This document shows positions 27,579-36,914 of a stretch of 64,000 nt of DNA, piece after piece. Both the position numbers and the translations under genes were made by a program. Numbering within the stretch: the stretch's first letter is position 1; each line of letters begins with the position of its first letter. The notes beneath the pieces are model-generated. The model was not told where the DNA came from. It searched no databases and saw nothing but the letters and a program-made list of their open reading frames with translations. Source of the DNA: Thermoleophilaceae bacterium (GTDB lineage Bacteria > Actinomycetota > Thermoleophilia > Solirubrobacterales > Thermoleophilaceae); assembly GCA_036555755.1 (NCBI GenBank), contig DATBKS010000246.1:1833-65832 (forward strand), read 5' to 3'.

Positions 27579-29965
27579 GCGGACCTCACCCCGTGCGGAG
27601 TATCCGTACCGGCCCGCGCTCCGTCATCGGGGGAAGACCGCCGTCCGGAGAGGGTATTCCCCTCCCCTGCCGCCGCTTTTATGAGCTCCGGAGTGAGCGG
27701 AAGGGCGTTCATCTCGACTCCCACGGCGTGTCCGACTGCGTTTGCGATCGCGGCGGGCGGGCCGAGCGTTCCTCCCTCGCCGACGCCCTTCGCGCCGTTC
27801 GGAGAGTCCGGCGACGGGATCTCCAGGTGGTGCAGCTCGATGTTCGGCAGCTCCATTGCGGTGGGCACCAGGTAGTCCATCAGCGAGGCCGTGAGCAGCT
27901 GCCCCTCCGGGTCGTAAACGAGCGACTCGTGTAGCGCCCCGCCGATCCCCTGCGCGACCGCTCCGTGCGCCTGGCCCTCGACGATCTGCGGGTTGATGAT
28001 CGTGCCGCAGTCCTCCGCAACGACGTAGCGCAGCAGGCGCAGCTCTCCCGTCTCCGGCAGTACCTCGACCTTGCAGGCATGCGTGGCGTAGGGGTAGACG
28101 GTGCGCTCGGGATCGAACAGGGCAGCGGAGCGCAGGCTGCCGTCGGTGTCCGCGGCGGCCAGCTCCGCGAGCGCCACCCCGCTGCTCGGCGAGCCGCGCA
28201 CGCTCACACGCCCCTCGACGAGCTCGAGGTCCTGGACCGCTGCCTCGAGGTGGTCGGCGGCGGCGTCGAACAGCCGCTCGCGCAGCTCGCCGGCCGCGGC
28301 CTTCACCGCCCCGCCCCCGCTCACGGCGCTGCGGCTCGCAAACGTCCCGGTGCCTCCGCCCTCGCCCGCGCCCGTGTCGGCGCGCGCGACCGACACGTTC
28401 TCCACGTCCATCCCCAGGGTGGCCGCGGCGAGCTGGGCGAACGTGGTCGCCACGCCCTGCCCGATCGCCGGGAGCGTGGTCCAGACGGTCACGCGGCCGT
28501 CCTCGCCCACCCGCATCCAGGCCCTGTCGTGCCCCGCGATCCCGACCATCCCGCGGCCGTGGAACACCTGCGATCCCATGCCCGTGTACTCGACGTACGA
28601 GGCGATCCCGAGGCCCAGCAGGCGCCCCTCGGCGCGGGCCGCTTCGCGCTCCGCCGGGAACGAGTCGTAGCCGATGGCCTCGAGCGCCCGCTCGAGCGCG
28701 AGCGGGTAGTCACCGCTGTCGTAGCGCTGATGGCTGACGCTCGTGTACGGCAGCTCTTCGGGCTGGACGTAGTTGCGACGGCGGATCTCGGCGCGGTCCA
28801 GGCCGAGCTCGGCGGCGAGCACATCCATCATGCGTTCGTGGACGAAGGCGGCCACCGGGAGGCCGACGCCCCGGTAGGCGCCCTCCGGGCTCTTGTTCGT
28901 ACAGATCGAACGCGTGCGCGCGCGGTAGTTCGACAGCCGGTACGGGCCGGGGATCATCGCCGGGGTGCCGAGCGCCTCGAGGATGTGGCCGTGCGGATAG
29001 ACGCCGTAGGCGCCGACGTCGCACACCACGTCGGCCTCGATCGCCAGGAGCCGGCCGTCGTCATCGGCGCCGGCGCGCACGCGCACCACCTGGTTGCGTG
29101 CGTGGCTCGAGGCCAGCAGATTCTCGCTGCGGTCTTCCACCCACTTGACCGGTCGGCCGAGCTCGAGCGCCAGCCACGCGGTGAGCACCTCCTCGGGATA
29201 CACATGCGCCTTCTGGCCGAAGCCTCCGCCCACGTCCATCGTGGAGACCCGCACCTGGTCGTCCCGCAGCCGGAGCAGCTCTGCCACGCAGGTCGCCAAC
29301 CGGTGCGGGATCTGGGTCGAGGCCCAGATGTGGACGCCGTCCCCCTCGGGCGCCGCCACCACCCCGCGATTCTCCATCGGCGTGGCGGAGTAGCGCGGCG
29401 AGTGGAATGTGCGCTCCACGATCGTCGTCGCGGTGTCGAACGCGGCGCCCACATCCCCCGCCTCGAGCACCGAGTCGAACAGGGTGTTGCTCGAGTGCGC
29501 ATGCATCGGCTCGGCCTCGCCCGCCGCGAGCGGGTCGACGAGCGCCGCCAGCGGGTCGAACTCGGCCTGCACGAGCTCCGCCGCGTCCTCCGCCGCATAC
29601 GGCGACTCGGCCGCGATCAGCGCCAGCGGCTCGCCCACGAAGCGCACCCGCTCGCGCGCCAGCAGCGGCCGCGGCGGCGAGAACGCGTCCGGGTTCTCCA
29701 CCGGTGGGTGCAGCGGCGGCAGGTCGAGGTCGGCCGCGGCGAACGCGGCCACGACGCCCGGGGCCGAGCGCGCCGCCGAGAGGTCGACCGATTCGATCCG
29801 GGCATGAGCGAGCGGGCTGCGGAAGAAGCGCGCGTGCAGCATCCGGTCGAATGCGAGGTCGTCCACAAACTCGGCCGCGCCCGTCAGCAGGGGGCGATCC
29901 TCCACTCGCAGCATGCGGCGTCCGATCGGACCCCTCACGGGTTGCTGCGTTACCGGAGCCGCCAT
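27575..29965 (-). CDS. Mo-hydroxylase large subunit, paralogue D
   Basis: Track ORF, 796 aa. N-terminus MAAPVTQQPVRGPIGRRMLRVEDRPLLTG. Motifs DVGGGFGQKAHVYPEE, GAYRGVG and GAKGVGEGG. There is no SD upstream of the ATG; TACCTT sits 6 nt upstream, which is a leaderless-type layout. Confidence 0.9.
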   Translation of the reverse strand: MAAPVTQQPVRGPIGRRMLRVEDRPLLTGAAEFVDDLAFDRMLHARFFRSPLAHARIESVDLSAARSAPGVVAAFAAADLDLPPLHPPVENPDAFSPPRPLLARERVRFVGEPLALIAAESPYAAEDAAELVQAEFDPLAALVDPLAAGEAEPMHAHSSNTLFDSVLEAGDVGAAFDTATTIVERTFHSPRYSATPMENRGVVAAPEGDGVHIWASTQIPHRLATCVAELLRLRDDQVRVSTMDVGGGFGQKAHVYPEEVLTAWLALELGRPVKWVEDRSENLLASSHARNQVVRVRAGADDDGRLLAIEADVVCDVGAYGVYPHGHILEALGTPAMIPGPYRLSNYRARTRSICTNKSPEGAYRGVGLPVAAFVHERMMDVLAAELGLDRAEIRRRNYVQPEELPYTSVSHQRYDSGDYPLALERALEAIGYDSFPAEREAARAEGRLLGLGIASYVEYTGMGSQVFHGRGMVGIAGHDRAWMRVGEDGRVTVWTTLPAIGQGVATTFAQLAAATLGMDVENVSVARADTGAGEGGGTGTFASRSAVSGGGAVKAAAGELRERLFDAAADHLEAAVQDLELVEGRVSVRGSPSSGVALAELAAADTDGSLRSAALFDPERTVYPYATHACKVEVLPETGELRLLRYVVAEDCGTIINPQIVEGQAHGAVAQGIGGALHESLVYDPEGQLLTASLMDYLVPTAMELPNIELHHLEIPSPDSPNGAKGVGEGGTLGPPAAIANAVGHAVGVEMNALPLTPELIKAAAGEGNTLSGRRSSPDDGARAGTDTPHGVRSA

Positions 29966-29969
29966 CTGA

Positions 29970-29991
29970 CAAAGGTATAATGTTGGACTTT
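29970..29991. promoter_or_regulatory. 22-nt AT-rich dyad element CAAAGGTATAATGTTGGACTTT (copy 2) between divergent large-subunit genes D and E
   Basis: 21/22 identical to 18312..18333. Plus-strand TATAAT (29976-29981) and minus-strand TACCTT (29977-29972) overlap back-to-back. The whole D-E intergenic space is only ~48 bp. Confidence 0.7.
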
Positions 29992-30013
29992 CTCGCGCAC
30001 AGAGGGTTCGGCC

Positions 30014-32347
30014 ATTCCCAGAGCTCGCTCACAAGATCACGAAGGCCGACCCCCCGCGAGCGATCTCCCGCGCCAGATCGGGCGCCGGCAGGCGCGTGTC
30101 GAGGATCGAGCGCTGCTCGAGGGCGATGCCCACTTCGTGGACGACCTCCCCGCCGACGGCGTGCTGCACCTCGCATTCGCCCGCAGCCAGCATGCACACG
30201 CGATCGTCCGGGGCGTCGAGCTGTCGGCCGCGGCCCGGATCCCGGGCGTGAGCCTCGCGTTCAGCGCCGAACAGCTGAACGGCGTCGGCGTGCTCGTGCC
30301 GACGCTCAAACGACCGGGCGCTGAGCGCGTCGAGCGGCCCGTGCTGGTTGGCGAACGCGCCCGCTTCGTAGGCGAGCCGGTGGCCGCCGTCGTGGCGAAG
30401 TCGCCCTATCTCGCCGAGGACGCCGCCGAGGCGGTTGCCATCGAGTACGAGCCGCTCGCCGCGATCGCCTCCATCGAGGACGCGCTCGATCCCGGCCTGC
30501 CGGCCCTGCACGGCAGCGGCAACGTGATCTTCCGCGAGGAATACGAGCAGGGCGACGTCGACTCGGCGCTCGCGTCCGCCGACATCGTGGTCGAGCGCAC
30601 GTTCCGCAACCCGCGCTATAGCGCGGCGCCGATGGAGAACCGCGGCGTGCTCGCAGTGCCCGACGGCAACGGCCTCCTGCTCTGGTCGGGCACGCAGATC
30701 CCGCACATCCTCGAGGAGACGCTGGCCGAGCTACTCGGCCTCGGGGGCAGGGTCCGTGTGCGCTGCCCGGACATCGGTGGCGGCTTCGGCCAGAAGGCGC
30801 ACGTCTTTCCCGAGGAGATCGCGGTCGGCTGGGCCGCGATGAAGCTCGGCCGCCCGGTCAAGTGGGTCGAGGATCGCCGGGAGAACCTGCTCGCGTCGGC
30901 GCACGCACGCGAGCAGCTGGTGCACGCCCGCGCCGCGGCCGACTCGAGCGGACGCCTGCTTGCGGTCGAGGCGGAGGTGTACTGCGACGTCGGCGCGTAC
31001 GGGATCTTCCCGTGGGGACAGCTGCTCGAGTCGCTCGGCACGGCCGCGATCCTCCCCGGCCCGTACGACCTCCGCAACTACCGCTACGTCACGCACGCGC
31101 TCGCGACCAACAAGGCGCCGCAGGGCGCCTACCGGGGCGTCGGGCTGCCGGTGGCGGCCTTCGTGCACGAGCGCCTGATGGACCTGCTGGCGGCCGAACT
31201 CGACATCGACCGCGGCGAGATCAGGCGCGCGAACTTCGTCCCGAGCGACCAGTTCCCCTACGCGACGGTCACGGGCCTCCGCTACGACAGCGGCAACTAC
31301 CGCGCGGCCCTCGACGCCGCCCTCGAGACGATCGGCTACGAGGGCTTCGACGAGCAGCGCGCCGCCGCGGCCCGCGAGGGCCGCCGGCTCGGGCTGGGCA
31401 TCGCCTCGTACGTCGAATGGACCGGCACGAACTCAAAGACCTACGCCACGCGCGGCATGAGCAACGTGCGTGGCTACGACGCCGGCCGGGTGGCGGTCAA
31501 CGAGGACGGCACGGTGTCGGTGTGGACGAGCTGTCCCGCGATCGGACAGGGCGTGGGCACAACCTTCGCTCAGATCGTCGCCGAGCACGTTGGGGTGCCG
31601 TTCGAGCTCGTCCGCACCGAACTCGTGGACACCGCCAACTCCCCGCCTGGCAGCGGCAGCTTTGCCAGCCGTAGCGCCATCAGCGCGGGCGGCGCGCTGA
31701 TCTCCGTCTCCGCGCAGGTTCGCGACCGCATCCTCAGGACCGGCGCGCGCGCGCTCGAGGCCAGCCCCGCCGACATGGTGATCCTCGACGGCCGCGTGGG
31801 CGTGCGCGGCTCGCCGACGGCGTCGCTGTCGCTGGCCGAGGTGGCCGCGGCAGCGGACCCGGGCTACCTCGACATCGGCGAGCCGTACGACCCGGAGGAG
31901 ACCGCGTACCCGTACGCCACGCACGCCTGCGTGGTCGAGGTCGACGAGGAGACCGGCCACATCGACATCCTGCGCTACGTGGTGGCCGAGGACTGCGGCC
32001 CGGAGATCAACCCGATCGTGGTCGAAGGGCAGGTGCACGGCGCCACCGCGCAGGGCATCGGCGGGACGCTGTTCGAGGCGCTCCGCTACGGCGAGGACGG
32101 GCAGGCCGTGACCGGGAGCTTCATGGACTACCTCGTGCCCACCGCCTGCGAGCTGCCCGCGATCAGCGTCCAGCACCTCGAGACGCCGGCGCCTGACCTG
32201 CGGGCGGGCTTCAAGGGAGTCGGCGAGGGCGGCACGCTGGCGCCACCCGGTGCACTCGCCAACGCTGTCTCGCACGCGCTCGGCGTGGAGATCAACGAGC
32301 TGCCGATCCACCCGGAGCTCGTGCTCCGCGCGCGGTCAGCCTCGTAG
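30014..32347 (+). CDS. Mo-hydroxylase large subunit, paralogue E (start codon uncertain, possibly ATT)
   Basis: Track ORF 30137..32347 starts at the first canonical start codon. The same frame, open from 29981, encodes the conserved family N-terminus QIGRRQARVEDRALLEGDAHFVDD upstream of 30137. ATT at ~30014 is preceded by AGAGGG at a 7-nt spacing. Motifs DIGGGFGQKAHVFPEE, GAYRGVG and GFKGVGEGG. Confidence 0.75.
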   Translation: MPRARSQDHEGRPPASDLPRQIGRRQARVEDRALLEGDAHFVDDLPADGVLHLAFARSQHAHAIVRGVELSAAARIPGVSLAFSAEQLNGVGVLVPTLKRPGAERVERPVLVGERARFVGEPVAAVVAKSPYLAEDAAEAVAIEYEPLAAIASIEDALDPGLPALHGSGNVIFREEYEQGDVDSALASADIVVERTFRNPRYSAAPMENRGVLAVPDGNGLLLWSGTQIPHILEETLAELLGLGGRVRVRCPDIGGGFGQKAHVFPEEIAVGWAAMKLGRPVKWVEDRRENLLASAHAREQLVHARAAADSSGRLLAVEAEVYCDVGAYGIFPWGQLLESLGTAAILPGPYDLRNYRYVTHALATNKAPQGAYRGVGLPVAAFVHERLMDLLAAELDIDRGEIRRANFVPSDQFPYATVTGLRYDSGNYRAALDAALETIGYEGFDEQRAAAAREGRRLGLGIASYVEWTGTNSKTYATRGMSNVRGYDAGRVAVNEDGTVSVWTSCPAIGQGVGTTFAQIVAEHVGVPFELVRTELVDTANSPPGSGSFASRSAISAGGALISVSAQVRDRILRTGARALEASPADMVILDGRVGVRGSPTASLSLAEVAAAADPGYLDIGEPYDPEETAYPYATHACVVEVDEETGHIDILRYVVAEDCGPEINPIVVEGQVHGATAQGIGGTLFEALRYGEDGQAVTGSFMDYLVPTACELPAISVQHLETPAPDLRAGFKGVGEGGTLAPPGALANAVSHALGVEINELPIHPELVLRARSAS

Positions 32348-34693
32348 GGCAGCCACCACCCAGTCGGGGGTGATCGGAGTGTGGTTCGCGACCACGCCGA
32401 CCGGCCGCAGCGCGTCGTTCACCGCGGACACGATCGCGGCAGGCGAATTCACCGCGCCGCCCTCCCCCATGCCCTTGAAGCCGCCAGGAACGAACGGCGT
32501 TGGCGACTCCAGGTGCTGGATCTCGACGTCCGGAAGCTCGCAGGCGGTGGGCACGAGGTAGTCCATGAAGCTGCCGGTGATCAGGTTGCCCGCGTCGTCA
32601 TACACGAGGTGCTCGTAGAGGGCGCCGCCGATGCCCTGGGCCACTCCGCCGTGCACCTGTCCCTCGACGATCATCGGGTTCACCACCGTGCCGCAGTCCT
32701 CGGAGACGACGTAGCGCAGCACGGTGACCGCACCGGTCTCGGGATCGAGCTCCACGTGGGCGGCGTGCGCAGAGCTCGCGAACGTGCCGGGGTCGGGCGG
32801 CACGAAGCGGCGCGTGGCCTCGAGCCCGGGCTCCTCGCCGTCGGGCAGCAGGTCCGGATCGAATGCGGCGCGCCGGGCGACCTCGCGGAAGGTCACGCCA
32901 CGGGACGGCGTGCCGCGCACGAAGATCGTGCCGTCCTCCAGCTCGAGGTCGCCGACGTTCGCCTCGAGCATGTCGGAGGCGAGGCGGAGCACCTTCTCCT
33001 TGATGTCCCGGGAGGCCAGGATCGTCGCGCCGCCACAGCAGATCGTGCTCCGGCTCGCCCAGGTGCCGAGGCCGTAGGGCACGAACTCGGTGTCGCCCCA
33101 CACCACCTCGACGTCCATGTGCGAGATGCCGAGCTCGCTCGCCGCGATCTGGGCGATCGTCGTCTCGTGGCCCTGGCCGTGGTTGTGGAGGCCGACCGCC
33201 ACGCGCACACGGCCGTCGGGCTCGACCCGAATCGCCGCGGAGTCGTAGCCCAGGGTCAGCTCGAGCTTGCGCGACGCAAGCGCCTGCGGACCGTAGGCGG
33301 ACTGCTCGACGGCGAGCGCGATGCCGAGCCCGCGATAGACGCCCTGCGCCCGCAGCTCCTCGTTCTCGGCACGCAGCTGCTTCCAGCCGATCGCGTCCTC
33401 GAGCAGATCGAGCATTCCGACGTAGTCCCCGCTCTCGAAGCGCAGGCCCACGGCCGTCGTGTAGGGAAACTCGCGCACGAGGTTGCGGCGCCGCACCTCA
33501 AGCGGATCGAGGCCGAGGCGGTCGGCAAGGTCGTCCATCGCCCGCTCCATCCCGAGGCACGCGATCACCCGCCCGACGCCGCGGTAGGGGCCCATCGGCG
33601 CCTTGTTCGTAACCACCGCGCGCACCTTGCGGCCGTAGGCCGGGATGTCGTAGGGACCGGTGACGTTCTCGGACGCCTGCCCCGAGTCGAGCGAGGCGCT
33701 GTAGGGCCAGGGCGCGTACGCGCCGTTGGCGGCGTAGAGCTCGCTCGACACCGCCGTCACCCGCCCGTCGCGCGTGGCAGCCGCCCGCAGCCGGTGCATC
33801 TGCTCGCGCCCGTGGGTGGTCGCGTGAAGATCCTCGGCACGGTCGCTCACCCACTTCACGGGGCGCTTCAGGAGCTTCGCCGCGGCGGCCACGGCAACGT
33901 CCTCCGGGTAGAGCACCACCTTGCAGCCGAAGCCTCCGCCCATGTCGGGAGCGATCACGCGCACCCTGTTTTCCGGCATGTCCAGGTGTTTGGCGAGACC
34001 GGTGCGCGCGATGTGCGGGATCTGGGTCGAGAGCCAGGCAGTCAGGTGCTGCGTCGACACGTCGTAGCTCGCGATCGCCACCCGCGCCTCCATCGGCACC
34101 GCGCAGTAGCGCTGCTGGCGGACCTCGACCTCCACCAGCTCGTCCGCGTCCTCGAAGGCGGTCTCGAGGTCAGCGGTCGCGGTCTCGAAACGGTTGAAGA
34201 GGTTGTCCGGCACCTCGTCGTGGATCGCGGGCGCGCCGTCGGCCAGCGCGTCCTCGATCGAGAGCACGGTCGGCAGATCCTCGTAGTGCACGTCGACAAG
34301 CTGAGCGGCGTCCTCGGCCCGGTAGCGGCTGTCGGCAACGACGAGCGCCACGGGCTCGCCTGCGAGCCGTACCTTGTCGTGCGCGAGGATCGGCATGTCG
34401 CACTCGCTGTAGCCGGGTGACCCGTTCTTCGCGCGCAGCGGCCGCGCAACCCCGTCGAGGTCGCCGGCCACGATCACGGCGGTCACCCCGGGCAAGGCCG
34501 CCGCAGCTGCGGCATCGATCCCGCGGATGAGCGCGTGCGCGCGGGTGCTGCGGACGAACGCGGCCTCGAGCAGGCCGGGCAGGGCGACGTCGCTGACGTA
34601 GCGGCCATGCCCGGTCACGAGTCGGGCGTCCTCCCGTCTGAGCACGCGTGCACCCAGCGCCCGCGGCGCCGCGGTACCGGGCTCGGCCTCCAT
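32336..34693 (-). CDS. Mo-hydroxylase large subunit, paralogue F
   Basis: Starts at Met197 of track ORF 32336..35281, in a TGATG 1-nt overlap with the permease stop. N-terminus MEAEPGTAAPRALGARVLRREDARLVTG. Motifs DMGGGFGCKVVLYPED, GPYRGVG and GFKGMGEGG. Confidence 0.9.
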   Translation of the reverse strand: MEAEPGTAAPRALGARVLRREDARLVTGHGRYVSDVALPGLLEAAFVRSTRAHALIRGIDAAAAAALPGVTAVIVAGDLDGVARPLRAKNGSPGYSECDMPILAHDKVRLAGEPVALVVADSRYRAEDAAQLVDVHYEDLPTVLSIEDALADGAPAIHDEVPDNLFNRFETATADLETAFEDADELVEVEVRQQRYCAVPMEARVAIASYDVSTQHLTAWLSTQIPHIARTGLAKHLDMPENRVRVIAPDMGGGFGCKVVLYPEDVAVAAAAKLLKRPVKWVSDRAEDLHATTHGREQMHRLRAAATRDGRVTAVSSELYAANGAYAPWPYSASLDSGQASENVTGPYDIPAYGRKVRAVVTNKAPMGPYRGVGRVIACLGMERAMDDLADRLGLDPLEVRRRNLVREFPYTTAVGLRFESGDYVGMLDLLEDAIGWKQLRAENEELRAQGVYRGLGIALAVEQSAYGPQALASRKLELTLGYDSAAIRVEPDGRVRVAVGLHNHGQGHETTIAQIAASELGISHMDVEVVWGDTEFVPYGLGTWASRSTICCGGATILASRDIKEKVLRLASDMLEANVGDLELEDGTIFVRGTPSRGVTFREVARRAAFDPDLLPDGEEPGLEATRRFVPPDPGTFASSAHAAHVELDPETGAVTVLRYVVSEDCGTVVNPMIVEGQVHGGVAQGIGGALYEHLVYDDAGNLITGSFMDYLVPTACELPDVEIQHLESPTPFVPGGFKGMGEGGAVNSPAAIVSAVNDALRPVGVVANHTPITPDWVVAALRG

Positions 34694-35802
34694 CAGCCGT
34701 CGCCCCGGCTGTACGGGATGGTGAGCTTGCTCGGCATATGCGCTCTCGTGAGCGCACCGGCGAGGACGAACAGAGCGACGAGGAACGGCAGCGAGCGCCA
34801 GAGCTCGTCGGGCAGGTCGATGTGCGGCGCCGCCGCCGCCAGGACGATGCCACCCGCAGCCACCAGGCCCGCGAGCGCGATCGCGACCTTGCGTGGCCTG
34901 CCCTGGCGCCAGCGCACGAGCTGGTAGACGGCGAAGGCGGCCGCGAGCGCCGCGACGACCCCCCAGACCTGCGAGGGAACCTGGTTCTGGTCCGCCAGCC
35001 TCAGCTGGAGCGCGTCCGCGCCGCCGAGCGCGAGGCAGGCGCCGAGCACACCGAGTGGCGTCCAGCGACCGAAGATCACCGCCACGAGCGCGAGGAAGCC
35101 ACGGCCCGCGGTCATGTTCTGGTGGAAGATGCCGACCTGCACGATCGCCAGGTTGGCTCCGCCCAGGCCCGCAAGACCACCGGCGGTGAGGACCCCCAGC
35201 CAGCGCACCCGGCGGACGCTGATGCCCGCGGTGTCGACCGCCGCCGGCAGCTCGCCGGCGCCGCGTATCGCGAGCCCCCACTTGGTCCGGTAGAAGAGGA
35301 ACCAGACGCCAGGCACGAGCAGGATCGCCAGGTACACCGTCCAGTCCTGGCCGAACAGCGCGGGGCCGAAGTCCGGGATCTTGTGGAGGAGCGGGACGTT
35401 CAGGTCGCCCACCGTGGGCACGACGATCTGGGCGCGGTTGCCGAAGATCTCGTCGAACAGATAGGCCGTGAGCCCGGCGGCGGCCAGGTTGATGCCGACG
35501 CCCGACACGATCTGGTCCGCCTTGGCCTCGATCGTGAGCAACCCCATGATCACCGCGAAGACCATTCCGGCGGCTACGCCCGCCGCGATGCCCGCGGCGA
35601 GGTTGTCCGCCTTCCAGGCGACGAGGTAGGAGAAGAACGCGCCGGCGAGCATGAAGCCCTCGAGGCCGACGTTGAGTACGCCCGCACGCTCCGAGATCAG
35701 CTCGCCCATGGCGGCCAGCAGGATCGGGGTGCTGAGCACCAGCGCCGCGGCCAGCCAGGCGGTGTCGAAGGGGCCGATTCCGATCGTGGCGATGACGTTC
35801 AT
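34693..35802 (-). CDS. ABC transporter permease (BMP/nucleoside-type, BPD_transp_2 family)
   Basis: 369 aa, multi-TM hydrophobic protein. 4-nt overlap with the upstream permease gene. Confidence 0.85.
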   Translation of the reverse strand: MNVIATIGIGPFDTAWLAAALVLSTPILLAAMGELISERAGVLNVGLEGFMLAGAFFSYLVAWKADNLAAGIAAGVAAGMVFAVIMGLLTIEAKADQIVSGVGINLAAAGLTAYLFDEIFGNRAQIVVPTVGDLNVPLLHKIPDFGPALFGQDWTVYLAILLVPGVWFLFYRTKWGLAIRGAGELPAAVDTAGISVRRVRWLGVLTAGGLAGLGGANLAIVQVGIFHQNMTAGRGFLALVAVIFGRWTPLGVLGACLALGGADALQLRLADQNQVPSQVWGVVAALAAAFAVYQLVRWRQGRPRKVAIALAGLVAAGGIVLAAAAPHIDLPDELWRSLPFLVALFVLAGALTRAHMPSKLTIPYSRGDG

Positions 35803-36914
35803 CGGGCGGGCTCCAGCTCAGCCTGCGGGGTGGCCTGCGATCTCGGCCGCGCGCCGCGCGACCCCTGCTGCTTGCGCCGCACGAGGTAGAGCAGGGTGGT
35901 GGCGGCGAGCACGAGCACGATCATCAGGCCCTGAATGAAGTCGACGAGCGAGGACGAGATCCCCACCGTCCCCTCCATCACGCCGCCCCCCTGCTCGAGC
36001 GCGGCGAACAGCAGCGCGGCGGGGATCGAGGCGATGGGCGAGTTGCGCGCCAGCAGCGCCACGGCGATGCCGGTGAAGCCGTAGTTCGAGCCGAAGTCCT
36101 CGCCCATCGACGGCGTCGACCCGGCGATGACGAGCGACGCCCCGGCGAGCCCGGCGAGCGCGCCGGACAGCAGGATCGCGCGCGTGCCGACCCTCTCGGG
36201 CGAGATGCCCGCGTGCCGGGCCACCTGCTCACCGGCGCCGACCAGCCGCGTCCTGAACCCGAACAGCGTGCGCGCGAGCAGGAACGAGATCGCCACCGCG
36301 ACGACCGGCACGAGCACGATGTCCCAGTGAAGGTCGGTGTACTTGAGCAACTCCGGCCAGCGGGAGCTGTTGGGGAACGGCTTCGTGATCGGCAGCGGTG
36401 TGGTGTGGTCGTGGAACGGGTGGCGCACCCACCACGCCAGGATCTGCACCGCCACGAGATTGAGCAGCAGCGTCGACAGGATCTCGTTCACCCCACGCTT
36501 GGCCCACAGCCAGGCGGCTATGCCCGCGAAGGCTGCGCCGCCCACCATGCCCGCGATCACGGCCAGCGGCAGATGGATGGCAGCCGGGAGGTCGGTCTTG
36601 AGCGCGATGATCGACACGAACATGCCGCCGATGAGGATCTGGCCCGGGAAGCCGACGTGGAAGCGGCCCGCCTTGAAGACGACGATCCAGCCAAGGGCAA
36701 CGAGCGTGAGCGGCACCGTCTTGGCGAGCGTGCCGGCGATGTTCAGCTTGGTGCCGAACGCCCCGTTGACGAAGGCGGAGGCGCCGTGGCCGAACCCCAC
36801 GCCGGCCGCGACCACGAAGATCATCGCCACGAGCAGCGCGATCACCGCGACCGCCACCGAGAGGATGAAGTCGACGCCGCCGCCCGCCAGGCGCGCGCGA
36901 GCCGCGCCGATCAT
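35799..36914 (-). CDS. ABC transporter permease (BMP/nucleoside-type, BPD_transp_2 family)
   Basis: 371 aa, multi-TM hydrophobic protein. 4-nt overlap with the ATPase gene stop. Confidence 0.85.
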   Translation of the reverse strand: MIGAARARLAGGGVDFILSVAVAVIALLVAMIFVVAAGVGFGHGASAFVNGAFGTKLNIAGTLAKTVPLTLVALGWIVVFKAGRFHVGFPGQILIGGMFVSIIALKTDLPAAIHLPLAVIAGMVGGAAFAGIAAWLWAKRGVNEILSTLLLNLVAVQILAWWVRHPFHDHTTPLPITKPFPNSSRWPELLKYTDLHWDIVLVPVVAVAISFLLARTLFGFRTRLVGAGEQVARHAGISPERVGTRAILLSGALAGLAGASLVIAGSTPSMGEDFGSNYGFTGIAVALLARNSPIASIPAALLFAALEQGGGVMEGTVGISSSLVDFIQGLMIVLVLAATTLLYLVRRKQQGSRGARPRSQATPQAELEPAR

